Sequence record: OQ973471.1
Reading direction: 5' to 3' (one strand)
Length of the DNA stretch: 64,000 bases
Source of the DNA: Escherichia phage AV101
Part shown: positions 17,798 to 26,589 of the stretch, in pieces
Layout of the letters: the number at the start of each line of letters is the position of its first letter
Numbering within the stretch: position 1 is the first letter of the stretch
Translations under genes and position numbers: made by a program
The notes under the pieces: model-generated
What the model was told of the DNA's origin: nothing
The model's database searches: none
The model's input: the letters and a program-made list of their open reading frames with translations, nothing else

Positions 17798-19302
17798 TCG
17801 TGATTACCCAGCGCCACCTTCATGAATTCCACAGGGTGGCGCTCTGCCAGGTAAAACTTGTAACGCTCGTGAGAGTGCCTAAGAGCGTGGTTCGTGCTGG
17901 CGTTGTACGATGCATCATCCACTAAGTCCCATATCCACGCGACGTCCTTAGAGGAGTGCTGACGCATCAGACGACCCAATGTCTGTATGACGCGGATATA
18001 TGACTTGCTCGGGTGTGCCAGTACAAGGTGGTGTAGCTTCTTGATCGACACTCCCTGCTGCATTGTCCCGTATGATGCCAACAGGGTGATGTCCTCTCCA
18101 TCCTCCATCGCTTTCTGTATGCGGCGGCGGTCTTCGATCTTCACTTCCCCGTTGATGACAAACACGTTGGGCTTGACTGCGCTCAGCATATCATACACGA
18201 CCATCATGTGACCATCAATACGTTCGAACATGATGGCCACGTTTCCTTTCAGATTCAGTGCCATCTTGGCGATCAGTTCGTTGCGGGACTGGTGTGTGAT
18301 AAGGTATTCTATTTCCTTGGAATAATCCCCGTCCAGACCAACAGCATCCGCCGGAGTGTGCTTCAGCTGAATCATCTTCACTTTGATGTCAGTGGCGTAC
18401 CCGAGATTGATAAGATCGCGAGCCGTGATGATCTTATGGTACGCCCCGAAGTGAGCCACCACCTGAAGCCCGGCAACTTTGGTATTCGCCAGCGTACCTG
18501 TAACCCCCAGGCGCTGGTCGGCATAGATGCAGTTGTTTAGGATGTAAGACAGTTTATCAGACTTGGAGGTGTGCACTTCGTCCACCACGACATCACCGAA
18601 CTGGTGGAACCATTCCTTCGGCTGGTCTTGAATGCCTTGCCATGTGCTGATGACGATTGGTTTGCTGATCTCCTTTGTCGCGCCCTCAAAAATCAGTTGG
18701 GTGTTAACAACGGGCTTCCAATCACTGCCATGCGCATACTCTTCGAAGTTGTCGTACAGCTGAGTGACTAGGTGGATTGACGGCACCACGATAAGCGTCT
18801 TCAGAGGACTTTCGAGAGCTTCTCTGCGCCGCCTGTAGTACCGCGCCATGACATACAGAATAAAGGACTTACCGGCACTCGTAGCCAGTTCACAGACGCA
18901 TCTGGTTTGACGCATAGCCTTGGCAATGGTGTCGTACTGGTAGTCACGAGTCTCGGCATCGATATATTCGTGATTTTCGGTGCGGATCTTTGGATGCAGA
19001 CTGTCGATGAAGTCACGGATTTCTTCATCTGGGATGTCCTGAATGTACTTCAGTGCCGGATCCAGTTCAATGGTGTATCCGTTGTTCTTACAGAACTTAA
19101 ATACCTCAAACAGCAGACCGATATCGATTAGACCAGATGACTTGGTAAATAGGCGGACAACCCCGTCCCATTTAGAGAAGGGGTTGGGAACGAAGTTCGG
19201 GTCTTCGAATTTGAAGTAGTCATTAAGTTCTTCCCTGATAGAAAGATCTGCGATACAACGCATGCGGACTTCGTTAACCTTAACAATCTGAATGTCTGCC
19301 AT
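17794..19302 (-). CDS. SF2 DNA/RNA helicase (UvsW-like)
   Basis: DEAH-type box VVDEVH and helicase C-terminal region; start set at MADIQIV, downstream of a CTAAATACCCC late-promoter-like motif and GGGAG RBS. Confidence 0.65.
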   Translation of the reverse strand: MADIQIVKVNEVRMRCIADLSIREELNDYFKFEDPNFVPNPFSKWDGVVRLFTKSSGLIDIGLLFEVFKFCKNNGYTIELDPALKYIQDIPDEEIRDFIDSLHPKIRTENHEYIDAETRDYQYDTIAKAMRQTRCVCELATSAGKSFILYVMARYYRRRREALESPLKTLIVVPSIHLVTQLYDNFEEYAHGSDWKPVVNTQLIFEGATKEISKPIVISTWQGIQDQPKEWFHQFGDVVVDEVHTSKSDKLSYILNNCIYADQRLGVTGTLANTKVAGLQVVAHFGAYHKIITARDLINLGYATDIKVKMIQLKHTPADAVGLDGDYSKEIEYLITHQSRNELIAKMALNLKGNVAIMFERIDGHMMVVYDMLSAVKPNVFVINGEVKIEDRRRIQKAMEDGEDITLLASYGTMQQGVSIKKLHHLVLAHPSKSYIRVIQTLGRLMRQHSSKDVAWIWDLVDDASYNASTNHALRHSHERYKFYLAERHPVEFMKVALGNHD

Positions 19303-19323
19303 ACAAAATCTCCCAAGGATTAT

Positions 19324-19334
19324 GGGGTATTTAG
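19324..19334 (-). promoter_or_regulatory. late-promoter-like motif CTAAATACCCC (minus strand)
   Basis: About 25 nt upstream of the helicase start; same motif recurs upstream of structural genes. Confidence 0.4.
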
Positions 19335-20077
19335 TGATCCGGCCAGACTCCATTTTGTTCTTTGTCCATGCGATGATACAGACGAACACGCTCAAACATC
19401 TTAGTCAGAATGTCATCACGGTTGAACTCAATGACGGTTGGTAGAGGGGAAGACTCGTTGGCGATCACGTTGATGAGGCGGGTGATCTTGACGCCGAACA
19501 TCTGCTGGAACATGACCGAATATAAACACAGCTGGATACTGTAATCCTCGATCATGCCCCGCGTCTTCATGGTGTTTGATGTCTTGAAGTCGATGACAGC
19601 AGGTTTACCCTCATAAACCCCGATAAGGTCTACACGACCTGCAAGACCAAGCACCTCGCTATATAATGGGATCTCCTGAGCATAGATCTTTGTCATCTTG
19701 TTCAGGTAAGGGAACAGCTGCTTGAACATGAACATGTATTCGCCAGCCGCTTCCAACACTTCTTTCATTGGGCGGTTCTTTAGATACAGTTCACACGCAA
19801 GGTGCAGCTTCTCCCCTCGGTCAGCACAGCGCATGGTCTCAAGATCAGCGGCCTCTGCGCCCAGCTTCTTCCTCCAAGACTCAAGCCATTCATGATCTCC
19901 AGTGCGTCCCAGCATAGTCGTGACGGATGTCAGTTTAACACCAGACGGTGAAACGTAATGACGACCATTCTCCGTCGTAACACACTCCAGTTCCTTATGA
20001 GGAAGTTCGTATTGCTGGAATGTGTAATGACGGTTTTCGAAGTCATTCAGCTTGCGTAGATCCTGGAGAGATGCCAT
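19331..20077 (-). CDS. PD-(D/E)XK nuclease (RecB/Cas4-like core)
   Basis: GRVDLIGVYEGKPAVIDFKTS matches the GxxD...(V/I)D(Y/F)KT nuclease motif. Confidence 0.55.
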   Translation of the reverse strand: MASLQDLRKLNDFENRHYTFQQYELPHKELECVTTENGRHYVSPSGVKLTSVTTMLGRTGDHEWLESWRKKLGAEAADLETMRCADRGEKLHLACELYLKNRPMKEVLEAAGEYMFMFKQLFPYLNKMTKIYAQEIPLYSEVLGLAGRVDLIGVYEGKPAVIDFKTSNTMKTRGMIEDYSIQLCLYSVMFQQMFGVKITRLINVIANESSPLPTVIEFNRDDILTKMFERVRLYHRMDKEQNGVWPDH

Positions 20078-20092
20078 TATGTGCGATCCTCG

Positions 20093-20545
20093 TTATACAC
20101 CATCAATATATTTTCTCCACTCAATAGCATTTTTCACTTCGTATCCCAGTTTGTTCAGGCGATCCAAACAAGTCTCTATGAACTTGACTTTTGCTTTTTG
20201 TTCTTGTAACAGAACAGACAACTCCACATAGTCATCGTCTGCTTTGACCCATGTATCTAGGTCAGACTTCAGGGGGCGAACCTTCAGGGGGCGATCTGCG
20301 TAGATGTTAGGGGGTAACTCCCCTGCATAGTAGCGGCGCAGATAGAGATCGATTTGGCGGAAGCGCCCGTTGAGAAATTCAAGATAACGTCCCTCGCGCA
20401 GATAATGCCGCTGTACAGCCATCCAAGAGCGCCCGATTTTCAGTGAGATCTGGTCAAGGTTCATGTCTTCTGGGTCCACTGTGATCAGCGGCTCCAGTTC
20501 GTTCATGATGTCCTCGGTAGCCATTGTCTGTAGTTGTTCTTTCAT
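20093..20545 (-). CDS. UvsY-like recombination mediator (tentative)
   Basis: LYLRRYYAG and YEVKNAIEWR resemble T4 UvsY segments (RLDYYSG, FAIKHIQDMR); adjacent to the UvsW-like gene as in T4. Confidence 0.4.
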   Translation of the reverse strand: MKEQLQTMATEDIMNELEPLITVDPEDMNLDQISLKIGRSWMAVQRHYLREGRYLEFLNGRFRQIDLYLRRYYAGELPPNIYADRPLKVRPLKSDLDTWVKADDDYVELSVLLQEQKAKVKFIETCLDRLNKLGYEVKNAIEWRKYIDGV

Positions 20546-20575
20546 AAAATATCCCAGCTTGTCAATGTCATAGAA

Positions 20576-21088
20576 TTATACCGCATTTCGTGGATTAGAA
20601 TCAATCGCCTTCCCACCAGATAGTGGAACCAGCTGTTGGAACTTGAAGGTCACTGTCGTCACCAGCTGAGGTACAGCCGCGTCTACGTCCACCAGTACGT
20701 TGTCCAAAGCAGTCGGGCGGGCTTCCTCCAGCACGAGAGTGAGGCCAATCGGTCGGTTGAGGTTATCCAGCAATTCAATGGTAATGTCCTTGCTGACAGG
20801 CAAATCCTTGCCGACGTTGCTGGTAATCCATTGGTGGATCTGTAACCATGATTTCCAGTCCTCGTCTATAACGAAAGTAAATACGACGGGATCATAGGTT
20901 AAACGCTCTGAAGGTATAGAAACCAACACGTCACCAGGAGACGGACCATCGATGCCTTCGGAGTACACCCCTGGTATACTGAAGTCGTGGATGTTACGGG
21001 TTAGGAGTACAAGGTCTCCGATAGTCAGACGCCACTTATCGGACGCCGCGAAATTAGGGTTTTCGTTCTTGAATTGTACGTTGGACAT
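20576..21088 (-). CDS. hypothetical protein
   Basis: Protein-like sequence begins at internal ATG MSNVQFKNEN with AAAGGTG RBS; listed N-terminal extension rejected. Confidence 0.5.
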   Translation of the reverse strand: MSNVQFKNENPNFAASDKWRLTIGDLVLLTRNIHDFSIPGVYSEGIDGPSPGDVLVSIPSERLTYDPVVFTFVIDEDWKSWLQIHQWITSNVGKDLPVSKDITIELLDNLNRPIGLTLVLEEARPTALDNVLVDVDAAVPQLVTTVTFKFQQLVPLSGGKAIDSNPRNAV

Positions 21089-21359
21089 AATAGCACCTTT
21101 GCTGTGGAGATATTTTGTGACCCTGATGCGCGGGATCAGTAGATTGTTGTTGGCATGCTCGATGCTCTTGTTTACGAGCTGTCGCATCTTTGTCACGCCA
21201 ATAATTTCTGTTTCCGAACTCTGGAACCCAGAAGTGCGCACTGTACCTGTGACGTTGTCGGCCAGCGTTCCCACTTGTAACAAGGGTATGCTGGACATCA
21301 TCGTGCAAGAGTTCCAGCCCTTCCAGAAGCTCGTACCTTTAGGTTGCTTTGATGAGAAC

Positions 21360-21767
21360 ATGAGCACCCTCAAGCCATACTGGAAGACCACAATTCCTCT
21401 CCTGCGGCATGGCGATGAAGGGAAGATTCCATACCTATCAGCAAGTATTTATTACTCTCAGAATAACAGCATCATTATCACTTTTAATCCATCATTCCAT
21501 GCCAAGCTGAAGCAACACATGGTTGGGCGACTGGATACAACATCAGATATAATCGTGACGTTCAAGATCATGAATGACTCAGATAAACCAGTACGAATCG
21601 CAACTCAGGGTGTGTTCGTTAACAACGACGCGGTTGGAAATGGGATGAGTATCTTTGAAGTTAACCCAGGGGGAACGATCTTGATCAGACTGAGTAATGT
21701 GGGTGTGAACTCCCTGCTGTTGGATGGCATCGAACCAGTGGGAGTTCTTCCGGCGCGGGAGCACTGA
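21360..21767 (+). CDS. hypothetical protein (plus strand, AT-rich)
   Basis: Only the C-terminal part of ORF 20952-21767 is protein-like, from MSTLKPYWKTT; convergent with the next minus gene. Confidence 0.4.
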   Translation: MSTLKPYWKTTIPLLRHGDEGKIPYLSASIYYSQNNSIIITFNPSFHAKLKQHMVGRLDTTSDIIVTFKIMNDSDKPVRIATQGVFVNNDAVGNGMSIFEVNPGGTILIRLSNVGVNSLLLDGIEPVGVLPAREH

Positions 21768-22496
21768 TTACTTCAGCGCGTTCTTCAGATTATCGGAACC
21801 AATGCTGTTGATGACACCTCCGGCGCAGATATCTTTCGCCCACTCTGATATCACGTTGGCAAAAGAGAAGTTAAGACACTTACCAACCATGTCTTGGATA
21901 TGGGCTAACTCTGCTGCAATACCGTTCGTGATGTCCTGAGCAATAGAGGCTACTGATGCGACAGCAGTGTCGATGGCCTGAGTAACTTCAGCAGCCAGTG
22001 CCCGAATAGCATCAAGACCAGCACTGACACCCTGAGCTACCAACTCAGCCAGCTCATTCATCTTGTTTGTGATAGTTGTGAGAACACTTTGCATGGTGTT
22101 GATCCACTGTTTGCCGAGGTTCTGAATAACCCCAAATGCATTATTGATCAGATCACAGTTGTTCGGTTCTCGACCTATAGACTTCAGGGCGGACTTATAT
22201 GACACAGATGTACCGATGCGGGAATATGCCTCGTTCACTGACTGGTAGCCATAGTTGTTCAAAGTAGTGATGCTGTCGTTGGCTGAGTTAAACATTGCTG
22301 TAGATTCGTTGAGTTTGGCTGTAGTCAACCCACCTGCCGTCAGCGCTTCCTGAATCTGCGTATTTCCGGTGTTAGCCAGTGACGCTGTAGTCGCCTTACC
22401 ACTGGTGATTAACCCCTGCGAGGCGCTGCTGAGGGACGGGAGAGGATTGGTAAAGGCGTTGCCCTGCGATAGGGCGTCATAGATCTGTGCGTTCAT
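21768..22496 (-). CDS. putative virion structural protein (Ala/Ser/Thr-rich)
   Basis: Start at MNAQIYD preceded by CCCTAAATACCCC late-promoter-like motif. Confidence 0.5.
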   Translation of the reverse strand: MNAQIYDALSQGNAFTNPLPSLSSASQGLITSGKATTASLANTGNTQIQEALTAGGLTTAKLNESTAMFNSANDSITTLNNYGYQSVNEAYSRIGTSVSYKSALKSIGREPNNCDLINNAFGVIQNLGKQWINTMQSVLTTITNKMNELAELVAQGVSAGLDAIRALAAEVTQAIDTAVASVASIAQDITNGIAAELAHIQDMVGKCLNFSFANVISEWAKDICAGGVINSIGSDNLKNALK

Positions 22497-22510
22497 AAGA
22501 AAATACCCCC

Positions 22511-22521
22511 ATGGATGATGG
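22511..22521 (-). promoter_or_regulatory. late-promoter-like motif CTAAATACCCC with flanking inverted repeat
   Basis: Motif and its complement form a palindrome around 22500-22535. Confidence 0.4.
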
Positions 22522-22541
22522 GGGTATTTAGGGATCATGGT

Positions 22542-22715
22542 AGTTTGTAAACGAAGTTGGACCAGAACTTACGAACAAACTTCTTGACATAAACCATTCG
22601 GTTGGCGTATTCCCCATCCTTCAGGTCATTGTAGGTCTCGATCCCTACCGCGCCCAAGAAGTACGCCGTGAAGATATAGCAGAACAGATTGATGACGACA
22701 AACATGATGTATCTC
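22542..22715 (-). CDS. small membrane protein (57 aa, below the ORF-track cutoff)
   Basis: Manual translation MFVVINLFCYIFTAYFLGAVGIETYNDL...; GGAG 7 nt upstream of ATG. Confidence 0.35.
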
Positions 22716-22746
22716 CGCTGTGTGTACTCAAATTATTTATGATATG

Positions 22747-23169
22747 TTACAAAAGGCGCTTGGTCTTCGGCTTACCCATTAGAGTGATATCCACAGGGAG
22801 GCCAGCTTTCTTGCAACGGTTGATCATGTCCAGGGTGCCAGTGGACGAACCATCCCACATCGCAATCGGATACACTTCCAGCTTGGTCTGCCTGACGAGA
22901 TCCAATGCCTTGTCTAACATGTCCTGATTGCGTTTGTTGCCCATCCCTTTCCCATACTTTTCATAATAGCTCGGAGGTATTGGCATAGGAGTGATATGAA
23001 CATAATTGATTTCAGCCCAATCACGGCAAATCGTGTCGACACCCGTGGCCTCACCCTCAATCAGTGTATAGACCTCACGAGGATCCAAGAGTTCGTCCAG
23101 CTTGGCGAATACCTTATCCCGCTCGGTGATTGAGCGGGAACCCGTAATGAGAACGATATACTTCTTCAT
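22747..23169 (-). CDS. SLOG-superfamily (DUF2493/YpsA-like) Rossmann-fold nucleotide-binding protein
   Basis: Paired glycine-rich motifs ITGSRS and IEGEATGVDT typical of SMF/DprA-LOG proteins; start at MKKYIVLITG. Confidence 0.5.
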   Translation of the reverse strand: MKKYIVLITGSRSITERDKVFAKLDELLDPREVYTLIEGEATGVDTICRDWAEINYVHITPMPIPPSYYEKYGKGMGNKRNQDMLDKALDLVRQTKLEVYPIAMWDGSSTGTLDMINRCKKAGLPVDITLMGKPKTKRLL

Positions 23170-23174
23170 AGAAC

Positions 23175-23519
23175 TCACAGCGCCCCAAGATTGCCGATTA
23201 CGTACAGGGAGCACAGAGGAGTGCCTGACGAACGCGGTTCGATCGTCATCCCGCTCAGGCGGATCAGTTCCAGTAAGCCGTCAGTGGTCCGATACGCGCG
23301 TGTCGAACCGTTCGGTCGATATAGCTCCAGCTCAGTTCGCCCTTCCTTTATTGCATTGCGAATGCGAGTGAACACGCTGTGGTCGCCGAACTTCTGTTTC
23401 AGAATATCCAGTTTGGTGGTCAGGCGGCGCGTTTTGCGTGGCTTGCGCTCACTCGGCTTTTCGAATTTGACGATGTGGGGGATCTCCACGGATTTGTTCA
23501 GTTTGGTGTCTGCTGCCAT
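23175..23519 (-). CDS. hypothetical basic protein
   Basis: 114-aa ORF with a Lys/Arg-rich segment; upstream hairpin. Confidence 0.45.
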   Translation of the reverse strand: MAADTKLNKSVEIPHIVKFEKPSERKPRKTRRLTTKLDILKQKFGDHSVFTRIRNAIKEGRTELELYRPNGSTRAYRTTDGLLELIRLSGMTIEPRSSGTPLCSLYVIGNLGAL

Positions 23520-23588
23520 GGTAAAGTCCTCTATTTGTAGGGGATAGGGTATGCGGTTAACATACCCTGTTCAAAGGTTTAGAACAAA

Positions 23589-23918
23589 TCACAGATCCTG
23601 ACACTGATCGCAGTATTCATCGTATGTGAAGGACTCATCACACAGGCCGTCCACGATCATAGCCGCTTTTGCTTCAGAGAAGATCGCGAGAGTGATATCA
23701 TTGTCATCCAAGTCTTGACGGATGAACGGTTCATCTTCAGGGCGATTGAAGAAGACTTCAGCAGGTTCGATATAGAACTCCGCTTCAAGATCTTTGCGGG
23801 TTTGATGGCCAGTGATTCCCATCACCCACTGGCGCATTTCAGAGATGGTTTCCAGCTGCGGGTTGCTCAGCACGTTGGTTTTGGTTGCGTCGAATGCTAC
23901 AAAGCCTTTAAAAGTCAT
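23589..23918 (-). CDS. hypothetical acidic protein
   Basis: 109-aa ORF. Confidence 0.45.
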   Translation of the reverse strand: MTFKGFVAFDATKTNVLSNPQLETISEMRQWVMGITGHQTRKDLEAEFYIEPAEVFFNRPEDEPFIRQDLDDNDITLAIFSEAKAAMIVDGLCDESFTYDEYCDQCQDL

Positions 23919-24019
23919 GATATATTTCCTTCATTTCAGAGTCAGTGTTGTGCTGCTTATGGAATGAAGTATACGGGGTTTATTGAAGAAGTAAACCCCG
24001 TATTCAACTTTTATTGAAT

Positions 24020-24256
24020 TTATTTAAAACGGTCAGGAAGGGTGTCGTGAACCTCGGCGCTCAGCACCAGAAACTTACCATCCGTCGTTGGGAAGCAATA
24101 GTCTTTCTTGATGTGACGCAAATGTTCAGCTACAGCTGCCACGCAGTCATCTGTCACGTCAGTCTTCTCACCAACCCACATGCTGGTTTTGGTGTTCAAC
24201 CTGCCCTGGAATATAGTACCAGTGAGAGGACTTGTGCCGATCTTTTTGATAATCAT
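24020..24256 (-). CDS. hypothetical protein
   Basis: 78-aa ORF. Confidence 0.4.
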   Translation of the reverse strand: MIIKKIGTSPLTGTIFQGRLNTKTSMWVGEKTDVTDDCVAAVAEHLRHIKKDYCFPTTDGKFLVLSAEVHDTLPDRFK

Positions 24257-24264
24257 GTTTGACC

Positions 24265-24708
24265 TCAGTTGTTAATGCGGAACAGTTGTGGATAACCACC
24301 TGGATGCCCTTCTCCGGTCACGAAGACCTCGTACCGGGCACCTTTAACCAAACCGGGCAAATTGCCTGAGTCGAGTAGATATCGGATTTTATCCATAGTA
24401 CCCATCCAGGACTTAGCAGGTTCAGCTTCAGCCTCTCCACGATTGAGGACGAGTTCACCTTCAGAATAATACTTCCCGCTGTCCTTCATGTAGTACAGCT
24501 TGATATGGATATACTGAGGGGATGGGACCAAACGCCAGCCGTCATCAATCAGATCCTGGCGATCATTATCCAGGGACTGGTAATCGATCTCACCAGACGC
24601 CAGACCATAGCTGCGCATGTAGCGGAACTTCTCAACACGGTCTTTCACGTCAGAGATGAAGAACTCCTTCGTGGCTGGACTGATGAAAATGTATTTCTCT
24701 TTTGACAT
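24265..24708 (-). CDS. hypothetical protein
   Basis: Start at internal ATG MSKEKYIFISPATK. Confidence 0.45.
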   Translation of the reverse strand: MSKEKYIFISPATKEFFISDVKDRVEKFRYMRSYGLASGEIDYQSLDNDRQDLIDDGWRLVPSPQYIHIKLYYMKDSGKYYSEGELVLNRGEAEAEPAKSWMGTMDKIRYLLDSGNLPGLVKGARYEVFVTGEGHPGGYPQLFRINN

Positions 24709-24725
24709 GATATAGTTCCTTCCTT

Positions 24726-25049
24726 TCAAAGAATGATGTGTTCGTCGATATCGGACTGCGTTGCAATCTCCCAGCGGACGATGTTCTCGGTTGTGATGAA
24801 ATCACGGTTCAGGTGAGAGGCTGGTACATACACCATCGTATTGACCATGAAGTAGCGCTGCTCATTGTTCCAGGAGTCAACATAAGCCTCAATAAGGCAC
24901 ACTTCGATCACTTCGCCTTTCGGATTCTTCACAGTCTTTTTCAGATACATGACACAGCCCTCGGTAGTAGACGGGGCAATAATACCTCTCACCCCGTTAT
25001 TGAAATGTTCTTTTAGTTCAAGACATATTTGATCAGTCCACAATTCCAA
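24726..25049 (-). CDS. hypothetical protein
   Basis: 107-aa ORF; start uncertain. Confidence 0.4.
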   Translation of the reverse strand: MELWTDQICLELKEHFNNGVRGIIAPSTTEGCVMYLKKTVKNPKGEVIEVCLIEAYVDSWNNEQRYFMVNTMVYVPASHLNRDFITTENIVRWEIATQSDIDEHIIL

Positions 25050-26485
25050 ATCCTGACCAGCCCGGCTTCGGTTGCTAACTGGCTTTCTGTTTTGCCTTCT
25101 ACGTCATACCCCATGCGAGCAAATGAACCTTTTCTGAAACCGAATTTGTGCTCACGCATAAATGTGCCAGGCTTGTGATATTTGTAGTCTGGCTTCTGTA
25201 CTTCCTCTTCTACGAATCCGTGGGATAGGTAAATGTTGGACAACCTGCTTGCAACACACCTATCCCCAAAGGAATAGATTTTGGTGTCGGCAAATTTTCT
25301 TCTGAAGTGTGAAAGAAGTTTACTGAATGCCCCGTGGCAATCATTAGAGGCAAATCTGACTAATTCCAGGCCATCTTTCCTTTTAGTGAATAGCATCACG
25401 GCTTGTATGACCCCACTCTTGTCAATTAACGATAAATGGTGGGTAGAAGAAACGGAACCTTGTATGTGGTGGTTGTCTAAAAACTCCCTCAAGCCGCTTA
25501 TATTCCCCCAAACGACTTTGTGTTGGCGAGCATATGACGCAGGCGTTTTAATGCCAAGTTTAGCTTTCAGAAGAGATTTGACCACTTCCTGTTTCTCAAC
25601 CCATTCATCTTCCCAGATGTGAATCAACTGGATACCCTGAGATTCACATATTTCAGTCTTTTCCAGGTGATAATGTTTCTCTTTAAAAACTTCTGAATGC
25701 CAGTACAGGCCATTAAATTCAATCGCCAATTTGTGTTCAGGGCAATAGATATCCAGTTGTTTACCGGATAATATACTGTAATCAGAAACAGTGTTTACAA
25801 CTCCCATTGAGGTGAGAAACTCGGATATTTCCTTTTCATAAGAAGATTTCTTGTTCCTGATAGAACCATTGCTGAACAACGCACGTTTTAGTATGTTCGA
25901 GTTTTTCATAGGGTTGTCAACACCATAACGTTCTTGTAACGTTGCCAACGCCTTCTCCCTCACACCAGGTAATTGTAGTGTGGAGCAGCTTCCGTATTTG
26001 GATATATTCGAAGTCTCTATGACTTTCCGACCAATCCCACCTTTACACATAGAAACCTGATAACATTCTTCAGAACAATATGTTCTGTAATCTTTATTAT
26101 TGATGTAAAAGTTGGTTTCCTTGGAACACACCGGGCATATTTTCACGGCTCTATTGTACAGCCAAGCTGTGACTTTACAAGCCAAATCTTGTAGGGTGTT
26201 GTGGGTATTGGCGAACACTAAAAGGTCTACATTGATGTGCTTCATAAGCAGTTCAGATTTGCATTTTTGGATATCCAATTTGTTGTTCTTGGTAAACATA
26301 TATTTGTAGAAAAATTGGCGATATGATTCCTCGTCAGATAATTCATTCACTGCTTCAAGGAAACCTTCCGGGAGGTTCTTTAGGGTGTTCGATGCGAAGG
26401 TCTTGCAAGCATCTGAACAAAATTTCTTATCTTTCCTGGATGCTTTGAACTGTTCATGGCAGACACTACAGATTACCTGATACAT
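25013..26485 (-). CDS. putative free-standing homing endonuclease: N-terminal zinc ribbons plus PD-(D/E)XK (Vsr/DUF559-like) nuclease core
   Basis: CSVCHEQF..CSDAC and CPVCSKE..CSEEC ribbons; QLDIYCPEHKLAIEFNGLYWHSE is a PD-(D/E)XK signature; AT-rich; own GGAGGAGAA RBS and TATACT -10-like box. Confidence 0.55.
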   Translation of the reverse strand: MYQVICSVCHEQFKASRKDKKFCSDACKTFASNTLKNLPEGFLEAVNELSDEESYRQFFYKYMFTKNNKLDIQKCKSELLMKHINVDLLVFANTHNTLQDLACKVTAWLYNRAVKICPVCSKETNFYINNKDYRTYCSEECYQVSMCKGGIGRKVIETSNISKYGSCSTLQLPGVREKALATLQERYGVDNPMKNSNILKRALFSNGSIRNKKSSYEKEISEFLTSMGVVNTVSDYSILSGKQLDIYCPEHKLAIEFNGLYWHSEVFKEKHYHLEKTEICESQGIQLIHIWEDEWVEKQEVVKSLLKAKLGIKTPASYARQHKVVWGNISGLREFLDNHHIQGSVSSTHHLSLIDKSGVIQAVMLFTKRKDGLELVRFASNDCHGAFSKLLSHFRRKFADTKIYSFGDRCVASRLSNIYLSHGFVEEEVQKPDYKYHKPGTFMREHKFGFRKGSFARMGYDVEGKTESQLATEAGLVRIWNCGLIKYVLN

Positions 26486-26534
26486 AATTATTCTCCTCCA
26501 TATGGTATCTAGTATAACCTGTTCGATAATATGA

Positions 26535-26562
26535 ACAAATAAAAACCCCGCCGAAGCGGGGT
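26535..26562 (-). terminator. rho-independent terminator (UUCG tetraloop on the minus transcript)
   Basis: AAAAACCCCGC-CGAA-GCGGGGTTT downstream of the capsid gene. Confidence 0.6.
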
Positions 26563-26589
26563 TTGTCAGGGTTAAGGACAACTGTTCTA

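Noticed and set aside
20952-21359. N-terminal 136 codons of plus ORF 20952-21767, and N-terminal 101 codons of minus ORF 20576-21391
   Set aside because: These extensions are not protein-like and overlap each other; only the segments with plausible starts (21360-21767 plus, 20576-21088 minus) were kept.
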